Below are positions 35,965 through 37,422 of a stretch of 37,422 bases of DNA, piece by piece. Numbering within the stretch: position 1 is the stretch's first letter; every line of letters starts with the position of its first letter. The notes below the pieces were generated by a model, which was not told where the DNA came from, searched no databases, and was given only the letters and a program-made list of their open reading frames with translations. Source of the DNA: Dehalococcoidia bacterium (GTDB lineage Bacteria; Chloroflexota; Dehalococcoidia; Dehalococcoidales; G020351185); the NCBI GenBank assembly GCA_020351185.1, contig CP070729.1:986915-1024336 (forward strand), given 5' to 3'. The position numbers and the translations under genes were made by a program.

Positions 35965-35969
35965 ATAGA

Positions 35970-36260
35970 ATGTCGAGATCAGTTAAAAAAGGACCAGCAG
36001 TTGATACAAAACTGCTGGCAAAGGTAGAAAAGGTAAGAGGTACTGGTAAAAAGGTGATTATTAAGACATGGGCACGTTCATGCACGATACTTCCGCAGAT
36101 GGTGGGACTTAATATCGGAGTACACGACGGGCGTAGGCATGTTCCAATATTCATTACCGAGAATATGGTTGGACACAAACTCGGAGAATTTGCTCCTACT
36201 AGGACTTTCAGGGGGCATGTAACGAAAGGAGAAAGGATAGGCCAGCCAAAAAAAGGATAA
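35970..36260 (+). CDS. rpsS: 30S ribosomal protein S19
   Basis: 96 aa. MSRSVKKGP...[30 protein letters not shown]. Confidence 0.96.
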   Translation: MSRSVKKGPAVDTKLLAKVEKVRGTGKKVIIKTWARSCTILPQMVGLNIGVHDGRRHVPIFITENMVGHKLGEFAPTRTFRGHVTKGERIGQPKKG

Positions 36261-36294
36261 TGGAAAATCCTTTGGTTCTATTATTATTAAAAAA

Positions 36295-36633
36295 ATGGAA
36301 GTTAGGGCAATAGCCAAGGACACAGGTATATCTACGCAGAAGATTCGACCACTAGTGGATATGGTGAGGGGTAAAAAAGTTGAAGATGCCCTAAATATGT
36401 TGAAATTCACGCCGTCACCATTGGCACGAACAGTTGCCAAGGTGGTGAAATCGGCGGCAGCCAATGCTGAGAATAACTTTCAGATGACACCCGCAGATTT
36501 GAAGATCGTTAGTATATATGCTGATGAAGCTAGGAGCTTGAAAAGGTATCGTCCTCGGGCTAGAGGACGGGCTAGCCGTATTACAAAGCGTTCTAGTCAT
36601 ATTACAGTTATTGTTGATGAGCAGGAGGGTTAA
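36295..36633 (+). CDS. rplV: 50S ribosomal protein L22
   Basis: 112 aa. [26 protein letters not shown] and [19 protein letters not shown] motifs. Confidence 0.96.
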   Translation: MEVRAIAKDTGISTQKIRPLVDMVRGKKVEDALNMLKFTPSPLARTVAKVVKSAAANAENNFQMTPADLKIVSIYADEARSLKRYRPRARGRASRITKRSSHITVIVDEQEG

Positions 36634-37422
36634 TGGGGCGCAAAGTTCATCCGATGGGATTCAGAATAGGTATCATAAGAGACTGGCAAGCTAAGTGGTA
36701 TGCGGATAAACATTACCCTGAGTTTCTCCAGGAAGACGTGAAGATCAGAAAAGCTATTCGCGCGAGGTATGCCGAAGCCGGTATATCTTTAGTCGAAATA
36801 GAGCGACAAGCGAATAGAGTGACAATAACCATATATACTTCGCGACCTGGAATCGTCATTGGACGGGGCGGACAACGGGTTGATGAAACTCGCCATTATC
36901 TTGAAGAAATTATCGACAAGAGAGTTCAATTAAACATACAAGAGATTCGTCAACCAGAACTTGATGCCTATCTGGTAGCCAGGATGGTCGCTGAGCAAAT
37001 GGAACGTCGTATTGCATATCGAAGAGCAATGAAACAGGCACTATTCCGTACGATGCAGGCTGGTGCAAAAGGAATGAGAATAATATGCTCGGGTAGACTG
37101 GGAGGTGTTGAGATAGCTCGTCGGCAAATGATGCATCAAGGGCGGGTACCGTTACATACGTTAAGAGCTGACATCGATTATGGATTTACGGAAGCCCATA
37201 CAACACTAGGGCTAATTGGCATAAAAGTCTGGATATACAGAGGTGACATATTACCAGAAGTTGAAGAAATGGTTGAAGAGGTTGTTTTGGAGCCAGTAGC
37301 TGAAATAATAGATACAGCAGTTACGGAAGGGAAACCGGAAGAGAAGGCAGAAAAGAGGGTTACCACCAAGAAAAAGGTAACAACAGCTGCTGACAAAAAA
37401 GAAGTAGACAAGCCAAAAGAGA
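36633..37422 (+). CDS. rpsC: 30S ribosomal protein S3 (3' end beyond the window), with a Glu/Lys-rich C-terminal extension
   Basis: Not in the track because there is no stop in the window. ATG at 36633 overlaps the rplV TAA (TAATG). [13 protein letters not shown]...[10 protein letters not shown], then [55 protein letters not shown], still open at 37422. Confidence 0.93.
   Translation, partial: MGRKVHPMGFRIGIIRDWQAKWYADKHYPEFLQEDVKIRKAIRARYAEAGISLVEIERQANRVTITIYTSRPGIVIGRGGQRVDETRHYLEEIIDKRVQLNIQEIRQPELDAYLVARMVAEQMERRIAYRRAMKQALFRTMQAGAKGMRIICSGRLGGVEIARRQMMHQGRVPLHTLRADIDYGFTEAHTTLGLIGIKVWIYRGDILPEVEEMVEEVVLEPVAEIIDTAVTEGKPEEKAEKRVTTKKKVTTAADKKEVDKPKE

Noticed and set aside
1-37422. CRISPR arrays, IS elements, integrase or transposase genes, rRNA
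   Set aside because: Reading both strands, I saw no regularly spaced direct repeats, no transposase or integrase motifs, no terminal inverted repeats and no rRNA-like sequence. The only repeat family found is the tRNA 3'-end copies.

Overview
AT-rich bacterial chromosomal window. It is mostly housekeeping genes, with one accessory stretch next to a tRNA.

Layout, left to right:
- 1-12.6 kb: a partial Lrp/AsnC regulator; gatC and gatA separated by a two-gene insert; an NfeD-like gene; hisA-hisI; a DUF1385 gene; rpmE; rplU-rpmA; coaE; an EamA transporter; an AmmeMemoRadiSam pair with Memo and AMMECR1 fused; rarA.
- 12.7-17.6 kb: an initiator tRNA-Met followed by small redox and stress genes, decayed genes, and three degenerate copies of the tRNA 3' end.
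- 17.6-21.2 kb: an SDR / steroid-5-alpha-reductase-like pair, a glycerate 2-kinase and a glutaredoxin.
- 21.2-29.7 kb: a tightly overlapped nine-gene shikimate/Phe/Tyr operon on the minus strand.
- 30.2 kb to the end: the divergent rpsL-rpsG-fusA-rpsJ-rplCDWB-rpsS-rplV-rpsC cluster, with no tuf between fusA and rpsJ.

The aro operon sitting next to rpsL resembles what I remember for Dehalococcoidia, but I could not verify that.

Main things to re-examine, all read directly from the sequence and absent from the ORF track:
1. A 33-codon leader ORF with 8 Tyr/Phe/Trp codons. Its 3' end is an 11-nt perfect antiterminator partner of a 12-bp terminator just upstream of the DAHP synthase gene.
2. Two genes with an in-frame TGA exactly where a redox Cys is expected: a UPYC glutaredoxin-PDZ fusion and a small BFD-like Cys-rich protein. 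Both are candidate selenoproteins.
3. Serial degenerate copies of the tRNA-fMet 3' end that bracket single-gene cassettes.
4. rplU, which has no canonical start codon available and appears to start at ATT.
5. A CDF-like gene interrupted by a single in-frame TAG.

No tools were run. All homology calls come from motif recognition by eye.
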